Origin: Dehalococcoidia bacterium
GTDB taxonomy: Bacteria > Chloroflexota > Dehalococcoidia > UBA6926
Direction of reading: 5' to 3'
NCBI GenBank assembly: GCA_963666115.2
Contig: CAXXET010000004.1
Location: 472,712 to 536,711 of the forward strand
Length of the DNA: 64,000 bases
Positions 37,018-47,618 of this stretch are shown here, one piece after another. The notes under the pieces are model-generated. The model was not told the DNA's origin, searched no databases, and saw nothing but the letters and a program-made list of their open reading frames with translations. The first letter of the stretch is position 1; every line of letters begins with the position of its first letter. The translations under genes and the position numbers were made by a program.

Positions 37018-40000
37018 CTAGACGCGCGCTGCCGACTGATTGATCCGCTGCTCCAGCCGTTCGGTGTCCTGCTCTGACAGGTTAAAGTACTTCGCCTGCG
37101 GGTGGTGGAAGACGAGCGCGCTGACCGAGCCCTCCGGTTCCATCATCATCTCCTCTGTGAGGTTGACCCCAAGCGTTTCTGCCGGATTGAGGAGCCGCCA
37201 CAGGATTTCCTGGTCCTCCAGCCTGGGACAGGCAGGATACCCGAACGAGTATCGCTTGCCCCGGTAGGCGGCGCGGAACAAGTCCGGCTTCGTGATGTCT
37301 TCCGGATCAGCGAATCCCCACATGGCGCGCATTCGCTGGTGGAGCAACTCTGCGAAACCCTCTGCGCCCTCCAGCGCCAGCACCTGCAGGATGTGTGAAT
37401 CGAGGTACTCGCCCGTGTTCTTCCACTCGTCGGCCAGGGCGCGGACGCCCGGCCCAACCGTCGTGACAAACGCGCCCAGGTAGTCCGGCGCGCCGTCCGG
37501 GCGCACATAGTCCGCGAGGCTCAGGCCCTCCCCGGCGGCCTGTCTGCCGAATTGCAGCCTTTCCAGCGCGTGCCCCCCGTCCGGCGACAGGATCAGGACA
37601 TCATCGCCGTCACGCACGGCGCGGAAGAACCTGAACACCGCAGATGCGCGGATATCGCCGCGTGACGCCATCTCCCTCTGAACACGGATGACACGCTCAT
37701 GCAGCTCAACCGCCCGCTCGTTGCCGCCTTCCAGGTCATCGAGGAAGCGGCCCCGGTATCCCAGGTGCCGGACATAGAGCATGGTCGGGTTGATGTACGA
37801 GAAGATTTCGTCCAGGTCGTGATCCAACACTGCGTGCTCGATCAGGTCCGGCGGGCGGGGGGGCGCATCGACGGGCGCGATGACTGCGGGCGCGCGGCCG
37901 TCAGGCGACGGCGCGGCGGAACGAGCCGCGTCCTGGTCGCGCAGGGTATCCGTCTCCACCCGCAGCGCATCCTCAAGCCGGTTCCTGTCCTCCCGCGAGC
38001 GGATGCGGTTGGCAAGGTCGAGCCCCGTCATGGCGTCCTGTGCATACGCGACAAGCCCCTCATATTCAGGCGCGATGCGCAGCCGTGTAAACCGGTTGCT
38101 CAACGCCGCGCCGCCGACAAGGATAGGCACATCAACACCCGCCTCCGTGAAATCACGCACAGTCTCAACCATCATCTGCGCGGACTTCACCAGGAGGCCG
38201 GACAGGCCGATCATGTCCGGCCTGTGCTCGTGAAACGCCTCGATCAATTCGCCCGGCGGCACCTTGATGCCGCGGTTGATCACGCGGTAGCCGTTGTTGG
38301 ACAGGATGATATCCACGAGGTTCTTGCCGATGTCATGCACGTCGCCCTTGACGGTGGCGAGCAGCACCTTGCCGCGAGAACTCGTCTCCGTCGTTTCCAT
38401 GTGCGGCTCAAGATGCGCGACGGCGGCTTTCATCACCTCCGCCGATTCAAGCACTTCCGCGACAATGAGTTCGTTGGCCGCAAACAGCCGCCCGACCTCG
38501 TCCATGCCGTCCATCAGGGGGCCGTTGATGATTTCCAGCGGCGGGCGTCCCTCAAGGGCCGTGTCGAGATCCGGCGTCATACCTTCGCGCGTGCCCTCAA
38601 CAACGCGCCTCGCAATGCGCTCATCCAGGGACAACCCTTCCATGCGGTCAACGCCCTGCTCGGCGGCGGATGCACGCTGCTCGCGGAAGTGGGCGGCAAA
38701 GGCGGCGATGGGATCATCGCCTCGCCAGAAGATTAGGTCGTCGCACAACTCACGCTCTTCGTCCGAGAGCGCCGCATAACGTACCAGGCCGCCCGTATTC
38801 ACGATTGCGCTGTCAAGTCCCGCCTGCACGCAGTGGTACAGCATGACCGCGTTCAGCGCCTCACGGCCTGCCTGCGGCAGCCCGAACGAGACGTTGGAGA
38901 TGCCGAGCGTCGTCTTGGCAAGCGGTAGCTCTTGCTTGATCAGCCGGATGCCCTCAATGGTCTCAACCGCCGAGCCGATGTAGTTCTCGTCGCCGGTGCC
39001 GACGGGAAACGTCAGCGCGTCAAAGATGATGTCTTCACCGCGCAAGCCGTACTTCTCCGTGAGCAGCCGGTACGAGCGTTGCGCGATTTCCAGCTTGCGC
39101 TCGCGCGTAATTGCCTGCGCCTGCTCCCGGTCATCGTCGATGCAGCCAACGATGACCGCCGCGCCGTAGCGGCGGGCAAGCGGCGCGACGGCGGCAAAGC
39201 GCTCCTCGCCATCCTCCAGGTTGATGGAGTTGATGATTGATTTGCCCTGCGTGCGCTTCAGCGCCTCCTCGATGACGCTGACATCCGTTGAATCAATGAC
39301 CAGAGGCGCGCGCGTCTTGCGAACGAGCCGCTCCAGGAACACGTTCATGTCCGCGATTTCATCGCGATCCGGGTCCTGTAGGCAGACGTCCAGCGCGTGC
39401 GCGCCGTTGCGAATCTGGTCACGCCCAATCTCGGACGCCTCCTCGATGCTGCCGTCACCGATGAGGCGCTTGAAACGGCGGCTGCCAAGCACGTTCGTCC
39501 GCTCGCCGATCAGAACCGGCTTGGTGTCCTCGTCAATCGTCAGCGTCTCAAGACCGGACACGACGGTCGCAGTCGGATCGACAGGTGCTCGTGCGGGACG
39601 ATTCAGCGCCACCGCGCACATTCGCTCAGTGTGTTCGTTCACCGTCCCGCAGCATCCGCCGATGATGTTGACCCAACCGGCATCCATGAAGGAGCCGAGA
39701 GCGGCCGCTATGTCCTCGGGCGTTTCGTGGTAGTTGCCGTCCTCATCCGGCAGGCCGGCGTTCGGAATCACCGCCACAGGAAAGCGTGATATCTGCGAGA
39801 GCGTGCGAACGTAGTCGCGCATGAACTCCGGCCCCGTCGCGCAGTTCATGCCGATCCACAGCAGGTCGCGGTGCGCGAACGACGTGTAGAACGCCTCGAT
39901 GTCCTGCCCCGCAAGCAGCGTGCCCATCGTCTCGATCGTGCATTGCACAGCGGCGGGAACGTTGACGCCGAGGTCGTCATTGGCGCGGTCGATGCCCTCC

Positions 40001-40551
40001 AGCGCGGCCTTGATGTTGAGGGCGTCCTGCGAGGTTTCGACCAGCAGCACGTCGACGCCGCCCGTGATCAGCCCCCGTGCCTGCACACGGAAGTGCTCAA
40101 CCAGTTCATCAAACGTGACATTGGCCGTGACGGAAATGGAGCGCGTTGTGGGGCCCATGGAGCCAGCGACGAAACGGGGATGCTCGTCGGTGGAGGCGTC
40201 GTCCGCCGCCGTCCGCGCAATCTCCGCGCCGACGCGGCTGATCTCCTCCGCCCTGTCCGCAAGCCCGTACTCGCCGAGCACGAGCGGCGTGGAGCCGAAC
40301 GTGTTCGTCTCAATGATGTCCGCGCCGGCGTCCAGGAAGTCGCGGTGAATCCCGGCGATGGCATCGGGGCGCGTGATATTCAGATACTCGTTGCAGCCCT
40401 CAAGCTCGGCGCCGCCGAAGTCCTCGGCAGTGAGGCCAAGCGACTGGATGCGCGTGCCCATCGCGCCGTCCACGACGAGGACGCGCTCGGCCAGCAACTC
40501 CCGCAGGCGCGCCACCCGCGCCTCCCTGTTATCTGTCGTGTTGATCTCCAT
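37018..40551 (-). CDS. metH: Cobalamin-dependent methionine synthase
   Basis: DGAMGT, GGCCGT, IGERTN, VKGDVHDIGKNLV, RYSFGYPACP. Confidence 0.96.
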   Translation of the reverse strand: MEINTTDNREARVARLRELLAERVLVVDGAMGTRIQSLGLTAEDFGGAELEGCNEYLNITRPDAIAGIHRDFLDAGADIIETNTFGSTPLVLGEYGLADRAEEISRVGAEIARTAADDASTDEHPRFVAGSMGPTTRSISVTANVTFDELVEHFRVQARGLITGGVDVLLVETSQDALNIKAALEGIDRANDDLGVNVPAAVQCTIETMGTLLAGQDIEAFYTSFAHRDLLWIGMNCATGPEFMRDYVRTLSQISRFPVAVIPNAGLPDEDGNYHETPEDIAAALGSFMDAGWVNIIGGCCGTVNEHTERMCAVALNRPARAPVDPTATVVSGLETLTIDEDTKPVLIGERTNVLGSRRFKRLIGDGSIEEASEIGRDQIRNGAHALDVCLQDPDRDEIADMNVFLERLVRKTRAPLVIDSTDVSVIEEALKRTQGKSIINSINLEDGEERFAAVAPLARRYGAAVIVGCIDDDREQAQAITRERKLEIAQRSYRLLTEKYGLRGEDIIFDALTFPVGTGDENYIGSAVETIEGIRLIKQELPLAKTTLGISNVSFGLPQAGREALNAVMLYHCVQAGLDSAIVNTGGLVRYAALSDEERELCDDLIFWRGDDPIAAFAAHFREQRASAAEQGVDRMEGLSLDERIARRVVEGTREGMTPDLDTALEGRPPLEIINGPLMDGMDEVGRLFAANELIVAEVLESAEVMKAAVAHLEPHMETTETSSRGKVLLATVKGDVHDIGKNLVDIILSNNGYRVINRGIKVPPGELIEAFHEHRPDMIGLSGLLVKSAQMMVETVRDFTEAGVDVPILVGGAALSNRFTRLRIAPEYEGLVAYAQDAMTGLDLANRIRSREDRNRLEDALRVETDTLRDQDAARSAAPSPDGRAPAVIAPVDAPPRPPDLIEHAVLDHDLDEIFSYINPTMLYVRHLGYRGRFLDDLEGGNERAVELHERVIRVQREMASRGDIRASAVFRFFRAVRDGDDVLILSPDGGHALERLQFGRQAAGEGLSLADYVRPDGAPDYLGAFVTTVGPGVRALADEWKNTGEYLDSHILQVLALEGAEGFAELLHQRMRAMWGFADPEDITKPDLFRAAYRGKRYSFGYPACPRLEDQEILWRLLNPAETLGVNLTEEMMMEPEGSVSALVFHHPQAKYFNLSEQDTERLEQRINQSAARV

Positions 40552-40603
40552 CCATCCATTGTAGTGTGTCGCGCGTATGGGCGGTACAATTGGAGGACGC
40601 GGT

Positions 40604-40679
40604 GGGGCTGTAGCTCAGTTGGGAGAGCGCTTCAATGGCATTGAAGAGGTCAGGGGTTCGACTCCCCTCAGCTCCACCA
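40604..40679 (+). tRNA. tRNA-Ala(GGC)
   Basis: GGGGCTGTAGCTCAG...CTTCA-ATGGCAT-TGAAG...GGTTCGACTCCCCTCAGCTCCACCA, 76 nt. Confidence 0.97.
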
Positions 40680-40702
40680 GCCAGATTGATTTGAGGGTTG
40701 TT

Positions 40703-41581
40703 ATGCCAATACCGGAGTCGCAGCTGAGCAGGTGGTCTGACCATGGCTCTCAGAGGAAGGCGATCAGCACACATGAGAAGATCAGAAATGTGCTCGATAA
40801 CCACAATTGGCCGGATGGCATGACGAGGGAATTCAGCCTGCAAGGCTCTTACAGCAGCGACACCAACCTGCCCAGTGGCAGCGATGTGGATGTTGTATTA
40901 GAGCTTACTTCGACGTTCTACGCGGACGTCTCGGGGCTCAGTGAGTGGACGCAACAGCCGATCCTTTCTGGACTAGTCGACCCACAGTGGACGTGGAACG
41001 ACTTTCGCCGGGAGACTTTGAAGGCGTTGGAGAATGGCTTCGGCAAACAGGCAGTAAGCCAAGGGAATAAGACCATCAAGGTCAAGGAGGCCTCGACGAG
41101 GCTGCGAGCCGACGTGTTGGTATGTAAGGGCTACAGAAAATACGCGAGCACCTACCACTTCGTCGACGGTATCAATTTTTATGCGCGGCGGGACAAGCGA
41201 TGGATCGTCAACTTCCCGAAACTCCACGACGAGAACGGTGCCGCCAAGAATCGTCGGACCAGTGACCGCTTCAAGCGGACGGTTCGGATGTTCAAGAAGG
41301 CGCGAAATTATCTCGTATCAAATGGCCGAATCCGGCGAGAACTAGCCCCGTCATACTTCATCGAGTGCTTGCTGTACAACGCCCCCGACTGGATGTTCAA
41401 GACTGGATTTCAGGCCACGTATAGCGACATCGTCAACTGGATGGTTCAGAACGACATGAGCCGACTCATGTGCCAGAACGGGCAAGTTCCCCTCTTCAGC
41501 GATTCACCCGATCAGTGGTCGCTGCGGGATGCGCAGAGTTTCGGCAACGCCCTCGTAGACCTTTGGAACAACTGGAGATAA
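40703..41581 (+). CDS. CBASS cGAS/DncV-like nucleotidyltransferase (CdnE-like)
   Basis: LQGSYSSDTN..GSDVDVV, GNKTIKV, NFPKLH..NG..KN, FKRTVRMFK, APSYFIECLLYN. Confidence 0.88.
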   Translation: MPIPESQLSRWSDHGSQRKAISTHEKIRNVLDNHNWPDGMTREFSLQGSYSSDTNLPSGSDVDVVLELTSTFYADVSGLSEWTQQPILSGLVDPQWTWNDFRRETLKALENGFGKQAVSQGNKTIKVKEASTRLRADVLVCKGYRKYASTYHFVDGINFYARRDKRWIVNFPKLHDENGAAKNRRTSDRFKRTVRMFKKARNYLVSNGRIRRELAPSYFIECLLYNAPDWMFKTGFQATYSDIVNWMVQNDMSRLMCQNGQVPLFSDSPDQWSLRDAQSFGNALVDLWNNWR

Positions 41582-41590
41582 GCGGCCTTG

Positions 41591-42172
41591 ATGCACTCAT
41601 ACGATGCTGAGGGGCGCGGGCGAATATACGCGGGAATGGCGGTGCTAAGCGTGGGTCTAGTCTGGGCGATCGATAGAGGCCTCAACGTTACCAGCATTGA
41701 TCCGCCATGGTGGCTGAGCGCTCCGTCCGTTGCGGGCGCGTACGCGATACTCTATTGGCTGTTCGACCGGCATGTTTGGCGGTGGAGACTCATACGGCGA
41801 CTCGGCCTGCTGTCGGTACCTGACCTGAACGGACAATGGTCAGGCGAAATAGATTCGTCCTTCGGTGACGAAGGCACGAAGAGAAACGTCAAGGTGAACA
41901 TCCTGCAAAGGTGGTCGTCAATGCTGATCACGCTCCAGGCAGACGAGTCGAGTTCACACAGCACAATGGCGGCACTAAGAGCCCGCGACATAGACAGCCC
42001 TGAACTCACGTATACGTACGCAAACGAACCGCGCGCGAGGGCGACGGACGCCATGCAATCCCACCGGGGGACCTGTACTCTCCGGCTGGCAGCTGGCCGT
42101 CTAGAGGGCAATTATTATACGGGCCGCGGCAGAGGGACGGTGGGCGAACTGAAGCTCGTGAGAACGGAATAG
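41591..42172 (+). CDS. CBASS 2TM-beta effector (Cap15-like)
   Basis: Two N-terminal TM helices, PDLNGQWSG, I.QRW, YTYANEP, HRG, LEGNYYTGRGR. Confidence 0.85.
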   Translation: MHSYDAEGRGRIYAGMAVLSVGLVWAIDRGLNVTSIDPPWWLSAPSVAGAYAILYWLFDRHVWRWRLIRRLGLLSVPDLNGQWSGEIDSSFGDEGTKRNVKVNILQRWSSMLITLQADESSSHSTMAALRARDIDSPELTYTYANEPRARATDAMQSHRGTCTLRLAAGRLEGNYYTGRGRGTVGELKLVRTE

Positions 42173-42223
42173 GCAGGGAATTGTCTAAGACATAGACCCC
42201 GCCCGTTCCACTGGCCTGGGCCG

Positions 42224-44980
42224 CTATCCCCGTTCATCTTGCCGCCCCAGCAGGAAGCCCTTGAACTCCGCGCTGTACCGCTGGTAGGCGAGGCCGGCGC
42301 CCAGGAGCAGCGCGCCGAGGGTCACAAACGCGGCCACGCGGTAAACCTGTTCCAGCAGGAACACGTCGAACACGAACAGCTTGATCACCGGCACGGCAAG
42401 CAGAGCCATTCCGGCCAAGCGAATACGCGATTCATCCCGCAGGAAGCCTGCCGCTATGACGACCACACCGTAGACCGCCCACAAGACGGTCAACGTCAAG
42501 TGCATCGCGCTGTCCTGCTCCGTCCCCAGCAATTCCTCCTGCACGGAGAAATAGTGAATCGCCTCCAGGCTCATTGACCATAGGGCGAGGCCCCCCGCTG
42601 CAACCGGCAGCCAGCGCATAATCTGACCTTCCCGATAGGACAGATTCCGAATGCGTTCCCTGAACGCGAATGCGACGACTGCAATCGCGGCGACCGTGAC
42701 AACGTTGGCGCCGAAATGCCAATTGAGAACGAGGGTATACGTCGCGGCATCCGGGAGCAGGGCAAACGTGTCCAGGAGGACAATCTTGACGATTGCCAGT
42801 CCAAGCAGGCCAAGTCCGCCTTGCCGGGCCAGCGCGAGATTCTTCCATAGCCCCGCGGCCAACAATGCCGTTCCATACAGCGCCCAAATCACCGTCAGCG
42901 CGAGCATTATCGCCACGCCTTGGTCGATATCCAGCCTCTCTTCCCGTACGGAGAAGAAATGCACGATCTCTACGGTGAGCGCCCAGACAGCCAGCACATT
43001 CGTCGCGGCAAACAGCGCCCTGAACGCGGCAGTCTCTTGCTCCACGAGATTGCGGATAACATCCCGATACACATAGCCAATCGCCGCAACGGGCGCGGCG
43101 GCAACGACAAACGACAGGAACTTGGAATTGAGAACGGGAATATGCGAATCGACCTCGGGCAAGATGATGAAGCTATCCACCAGCACAAGCTTCACGAAAA
43201 CGAGGCCGACCAGAGCGAGCCCGCCCCATCGCGCCAATGGCTTGTTCCGCGCCAGTCCCAGTACAAGCAGCCCCGCAGCGTACACTGCCCATATCCACGT
43301 CAGCGTTATCAGCAGCGGGCTCACCTCATTCCGCTCTACTTGCCAGTCGGCGATTGCCTCAGGCACAAGGCCGTAGAAGAACACTGCCTCACGGCTAAGC
43401 GTGACGAGGGTCAAAACGCTCGCGGCGGCCATCAATGTCGCCGCAGCCGGAAGTTCCTTCTCGTGTGAAGAGTCGCGGTTGCGGTGGTAGAGGTAGGCTG
43501 CGGCATAGACCGCCCCAATGACGAACACCGCCACGCCGAAGTGCTCATTCAGGAGAACGCTGAAGTCGTCAATTTCTACGTCCGGAGGGAGATTCAGCAA
43601 GTGCATTGCGGACAGCGCCAACGCGCCCAGCCCGAACACCCGCATCGGCAGCCGTCCCAGCACGAAGCCGCTCCACACCAGCACCACGCCCTGGGCGGCC
43701 CACGCCGTCATCAGCCACACGCCCGTTAACGCCAACGGAATCGAGAGCGTCAGGAAGACCAGCGCGATAGGCAGTGTAATCATCGCGGTCTGTGGTGGCG
43801 CGCCGGGCCGCGTATACGCGACGAAAGAAATCGCCCCGTACAGAATCGCCATTGCGGATGCAATGACCCACAGCCAGTCACTGTACGCATCCGACAACAC
43901 CATGGCCGTCAGCGCCAGGTACGCAGTCGCATTGACAGCCACCAGGGCCATATCGAGCGAGCCGGGCACCCGCCGCCAGATGATGTGGAACAGGGTCGTC
44001 GCCCCCACGAATATCAGGAAGATGACCGTCAGCCCCGCCTGGAACAACAGCGGGTCAGTCTCCGGATACTGGTTATACCCCGCCGCGAACAGGCCGTATG
44101 AGCCTATCCACCCCGCAATCGTGAACCATCGCCAGTTCCGCACGGACGCCACGCCGAGTATCCCAAGATCGACGATGGCGATGTACGGCAGCACGAGCCG
44201 CACGTCCGGCAGCTCCGGTCCCAACAGGATTGGCGCGATGAACGCTCCGACGATGCCCAGGAAGCCAATCACGCGGGAATCCAGGCGGATGGCCAATGCG
44301 CCCGCCAGCGCCACCACACCGCCAAGCGCGAGGAATGCCAGGTCGGGGCGGATCAACTCATACAGCACATAGGCCGCGTAGATGGACATGTAGAGCGTCG
44401 CCGCGCCGCCCGCAGTGACTGCTTGCGCCCATACCGCCGCGCGTTGCCGTGTATATTCCCCCAGCGCCAGAAGACCCGCGCCCGCAGCAAGTCCAAGAGC
44501 GATACGTCCCGTCTCCCCGATCCAGTTGTTATCGAAAGAGAGCTTCAGGAAGAACCCAATGCCGAGCGCCAGCGTCAACGCGCCAATGATTGCCAGCCAA
44601 TTCCGTCCCAGAACTCTATCCCAATCAATGGACGGCAAGGACAGGTCTGGTTGCCCCGGCGTGCTCCTCCGCTGCGGCCGTGGCGGCGCATTTCTCTGCT
44701 GTGGCCTCGGTGGCGCGCTCCTCTGCTGCGGCCCCGGCGGCGGCCTATCGACAGCAGTAGCCGGCGGTTCCTGCGATTCGCGTGCTATTTCCGCCTGTAG
44801 TCGGTCCAGGCGCCTGGCAATTGCCTCGACGTCCCGGCGCATCTGCGACAATTCTGCCGCATATCGACGCTCCCCGGTATCCTCACCGGCGGGAAACCCG
44901 ATTTGAGCGCCGCAATTCTCGCAGTAGACGGTTCCTGCGGGGTTGGCCGTGTTGCAGACCGCGCAACGAATCTCGTTCAC
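42224..44980 (-). CDS. DUF2339-like polytopic membrane protein with N-terminal zinc ribbon
   Basis: CAVC...CENC, NWLAIIG, FFLKLSFDNNWIG, repeated KLxxxD helices. Confidence 0.85.
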   Translation of the reverse strand: MNEIRCAVCNTANPAGTVYCENCGAQIGFPAGEDTGERRYAAELSQMRRDVEAIARRLDRLQAEIARESQEPPATAVDRPPPGPQQRSAPPRPQQRNAPPRPQRRSTPGQPDLSLPSIDWDRVLGRNWLAIIGALTLALGIGFFLKLSFDNNWIGETGRIALGLAAGAGLLALGEYTRQRAAVWAQAVTAGGAATLYMSIYAAYVLYELIRPDLAFLALGGVVALAGALAIRLDSRVIGFLGIVGAFIAPILLGPELPDVRLVLPYIAIVDLGILGVASVRNWRWFTIAGWIGSYGLFAAGYNQYPETDPLLFQAGLTVIFLIFVGATTLFHIIWRRVPGSLDMALVAVNATAYLALTAMVLSDAYSDWLWVIASAMAILYGAISFVAYTRPGAPPQTAMITLPIALVFLTLSIPLALTGVWLMTAWAAQGVVLVWSGFVLGRLPMRVFGLGALALSAMHLLNLPPDVEIDDFSVLLNEHFGVAVFVIGAVYAAAYLYHRNRDSSHEKELPAAATLMAAASVLTLVTLSREAVFFYGLVPEAIADWQVERNEVSPLLITLTWIWAVYAAGLLVLGLARNKPLARWGGLALVGLVFVKLVLVDSFIILPEVDSHIPVLNSKFLSFVVAAAPVAAIGYVYRDVIRNLVEQETAAFRALFAATNVLAVWALTVEIVHFFSVREERLDIDQGVAIMLALTVIWALYGTALLAAGLWKNLALARQGGLGLLGLAIVKIVLLDTFALLPDAATYTLVLNWHFGANVVTVAAIAVVAFAFRERIRNLSYREGQIMRWLPVAAGGLALWSMSLEAIHYFSVQEELLGTEQDSAMHLTLTVLWAVYGVVVIAAGFLRDESRIRLAGMALLAVPVIKLFVFDVFLLEQVYRVAAFVTLGALLLGAGLAYQRYSAEFKGFLLGRQDERG
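44661..44743 (-). repeat. Three imperfect 27-bp coding tandem repeats
   Basis: Encodes PPGPQQRSA-PPRPQQRNA-PPRPQRRS. Confidence 0.7.
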
Positions 44981-45193
44981 GAATGCTCCCCGATCCGGCA
45001 GAATACGCCGGGCTCGCTACCGCACACTATACTCCCTCCGCTTTAGCCGTATATCGCCGCCACTCCCTCCCATCCCCACGCGGAACCCCCGCCCCCAGTG
45101 GTATAATCCCAACGGCATGACGCGCCCCGCTTGTGGGGCCGTCCGGCGTCCCCGGGTGGGGCGGACGCAGATGAGTCCTGAGGGGGTACAGGC

Positions 45194-47539
45194 ATGTCGG
45201 AAGGGGTTGTTGGCGTTCGGCAGATGCCGATGCGCGAACTCACGGACATACAGAAGCGGCAGGCGTCCCTGCTGTGGTTCTCAGAGGTCGATTCCGGCGA
45301 TCTGGCGCTTGCCGGCGGCAAGGGGGCCAACCTCGGCGAGATGACGCGCAGGGGCGCGCCGGTGCCGCCCGGTTTCGTCGTCAGCGTCGTCTCCTACCAG
45401 CAATTCCTCACCGACAACGGCCTGGACGCCAGGCTGGGCGAGATTCTCGGCGGCGTCGACGTCTACCATTCCTCGAACCTCGTTGAGGTCGCCGCGCAGG
45501 CGCAGCAGGCGATCCTCTCCGCGCCCATGCCCGCCGGTCTCGCCACAGAGATTGCGGATGCCTACCGCGAACTCGGCGAGGGGCCCGTCGCCGTCCGCTC
45601 GTCCGCGACGGCGGAAGACTTGCCGGACGCCTCATTCGCGGGACAGCAGCGCACGTATCTGAACGTTGAGGGCATCGACCAGGTGCTGGAGACCGTCAAG
45701 GGCTGCTGGGCGAGCCTGTTCGAGGCGCGGGCTATCTTCTATCGCGCGGAGCAGAATTTTAATCAGCTTGGCGTCGGAATCGCCGTGCCCGTCCAGCGGA
45801 TGGTGCAGTCCGAGATTTCGGGCGTGATGTTCACGGCGGAGCCGAACCGCAGCGACCGCTCGAAGGTGCTTATCGAGGCCGTTTACGGCCTCGGCGAGTC
45901 TGTTGTATCCGGCGCAGTGACGCCGGATTCTTATTTAATCCAGAAGGACGGCATGGAGATCCTGGAGAAGCGGCTGGTGCCGCAGAGCAGGATGCTCACG
46001 CGCAATCCGAACGCCGCCGGCGCAGACGACCTCAACCACGAGGTCGAAGTCCCCATCGAGATGTCGCGGACGTACAAGCTCACGGACAGCCTGATTGCGG
46101 AGATCGCGCAGCACGGACTCAACCTCGAGGAGGCATACAGCCACCCGCAGGACATCGAGTGGGCCATCGAGGGCAACGAATTCTACATCACGCAGACGCG
46201 CCCTATCACCACGCTCGGCAGCGTCGGCGAGTCCGAAGGGCTGGAGGTGGACGAATCAACGTATCCCCTGCTCCTGCAAGGCACGCCCGCCAGCCCCGGC
46301 AGCGCGACCGGCACGGTCGTCGTCCTCCCAAAGATCGACGAGACCTCGCTTGACCAGCTGGAGCGCGTCAAGGACGGCGACGTTCTCGTGACGGAGATGA
46401 CGACGCCCGACTACGTGCCGGCCATGAAGCGCGCCACCGCCATCATCACGGATCACGGTGGCCGTACCGCCCACGCGGCCATCATCTCCCGCGAACTGAG
46501 CATCCCGTGCGCGGTCGGCACCGGCGCGGCGACGACCACGCTGACGGACGGGCAGATCGTGACGGTGGACGGGTCAACCGGCCGCGTCTACGAGGGCGCG
46601 GTTCCCGGCGCGGGCCAGGACGTTAGCGAGGATGACGCGGCGGCGAATCTACGGACGAAGACGAACGTCTACGTCAATCTCGCAGAGCCTGACCTGGCGG
46701 ATGTCATCGCCGCCCGCAACGTGGACGGCGTGGGGCTGCTGCGCGCCGAGTTCATCGTTGCGCGCATCGGTGAGCATCCCCGCCTGATGATCGAAGAGGG
46801 GCGCGGCGAGGAATACACGCAGAAGGTGGTGGACGGCCTGATGAAGTTCGCTGCCGCCTTTGACCCCCGCCCTGTCATCTACCGCACGACCGACTTCAAG
46901 ACGAATGAGTACCGCAACCTGCGCGGGGGCGACCGCTACGAGCCGGAGGAAGAGAACCCGATGATCGGGTACCGGGGCGCGGGGCGCTACGTCAAGGAGC
47001 CGGATATCTTCGCGCTTGAGATCGAAGCCGTGCGCCGGGTGCGGGCCGAGCACCCCAACCTCCACGTGATGATCCCGTTCGTCCGCACCGTGGATGAGCT
47101 TGTCCATACCAAGTCGCTGCTGGAGCAGTACGGGCTGCGGCGCGGCGACAACGGCTTCAAGCTGTGGATGATGGCGGAGGTTCCCTCAAACGTCATCCTG
47201 CTGGAGGAGTTCATCAAGGTCGGCATCGACGGCGTGTCCATCGGCTCCAACGACCTGACCCAGCTTGTGCTGGGCGTGGACCGTGACAGCGCCATCCTGG
47301 CCGACGATTTCGATGAGCGGAACGAGGCGGTCATGCGGGCGTTGGAGACCATCGTCACGACGGCTGCGCGGCTGGGGGTCACGTGCGGCATCTGCGGGCA
47401 GGCGCCGAGCTTCTTCCCGGACCTGACCGCCAAGCTGGTTGAGTGGGGCATCACCTCCGTGAGCGTCTCCCCGGACGTCATCAACCACACCCGCCGCATC
47501 GTGCATGACGTGGAAACGGCGCAGGCCGCTGGCGCCTAA
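45194..47539 (+). CDS. ppsA: Phosphoenolpyruvate synthase
   Basis: GGKGANLGE, AVRSSATAEDLPDASFAGQ, GGRTAHAAI, SIGSNDLTQ; start may be slightly downstream. Confidence 0.94.
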   Translation: MSEGVVGVRQMPMRELTDIQKRQASLLWFSEVDSGDLALAGGKGANLGEMTRRGAPVPPGFVVSVVSYQQFLTDNGLDARLGEILGGVDVYHSSNLVEVAAQAQQAILSAPMPAGLATEIADAYRELGEGPVAVRSSATAEDLPDASFAGQQRTYLNVEGIDQVLETVKGCWASLFEARAIFYRAEQNFNQLGVGIAVPVQRMVQSEISGVMFTAEPNRSDRSKVLIEAVYGLGESVVSGAVTPDSYLIQKDGMEILEKRLVPQSRMLTRNPNAAGADDLNHEVEVPIEMSRTYKLTDSLIAEIAQHGLNLEEAYSHPQDIEWAIEGNEFYITQTRPITTLGSVGESEGLEVDESTYPLLLQGTPASPGSATGTVVVLPKIDETSLDQLERVKDGDVLVTEMTTPDYVPAMKRATAIITDHGGRTAHAAIISRELSIPCAVGTGAATTTLTDGQIVTVDGSTGRVYEGAVPGAGQDVSEDDAAANLRTKTNVYVNLAEPDLADVIAARNVDGVGLLRAEFIVARIGEHPRLMIEEGRGEEYTQKVVDGLMKFAAAFDPRPVIYRTTDFKTNEYRNLRGGDRYEPEEENPMIGYRGAGRYVKEPDIFALEIEAVRRVRAEHPNLHVMIPFVRTVDELVHTKSLLEQYGLRRGDNGFKLWMMAEVPSNVILLEEFIKVGIDGVSIGSNDLTQLVLGVDRDSAILADDFDERNEAVMRALETIVTTAARLGVTCGICGQAPSFFPDLTAKLVEWGITSVSVSPDVINHTRRIVHDVETAQAAGA

Positions 47540-47618
47540 CCCCTATTGGACGCCGTGCGTTACACTAGATACTCGTATACTCACTGGCACTGTCCAACCA
47601 CCATAAGGGCGCGGGGCG

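Noticed and set aside
40577-40702. N-terminal extension of the CD-NTase ORF
   Set aside because: It runs through the tRNA-Ala gene; ATG 40703 has its own GAGGG RBS
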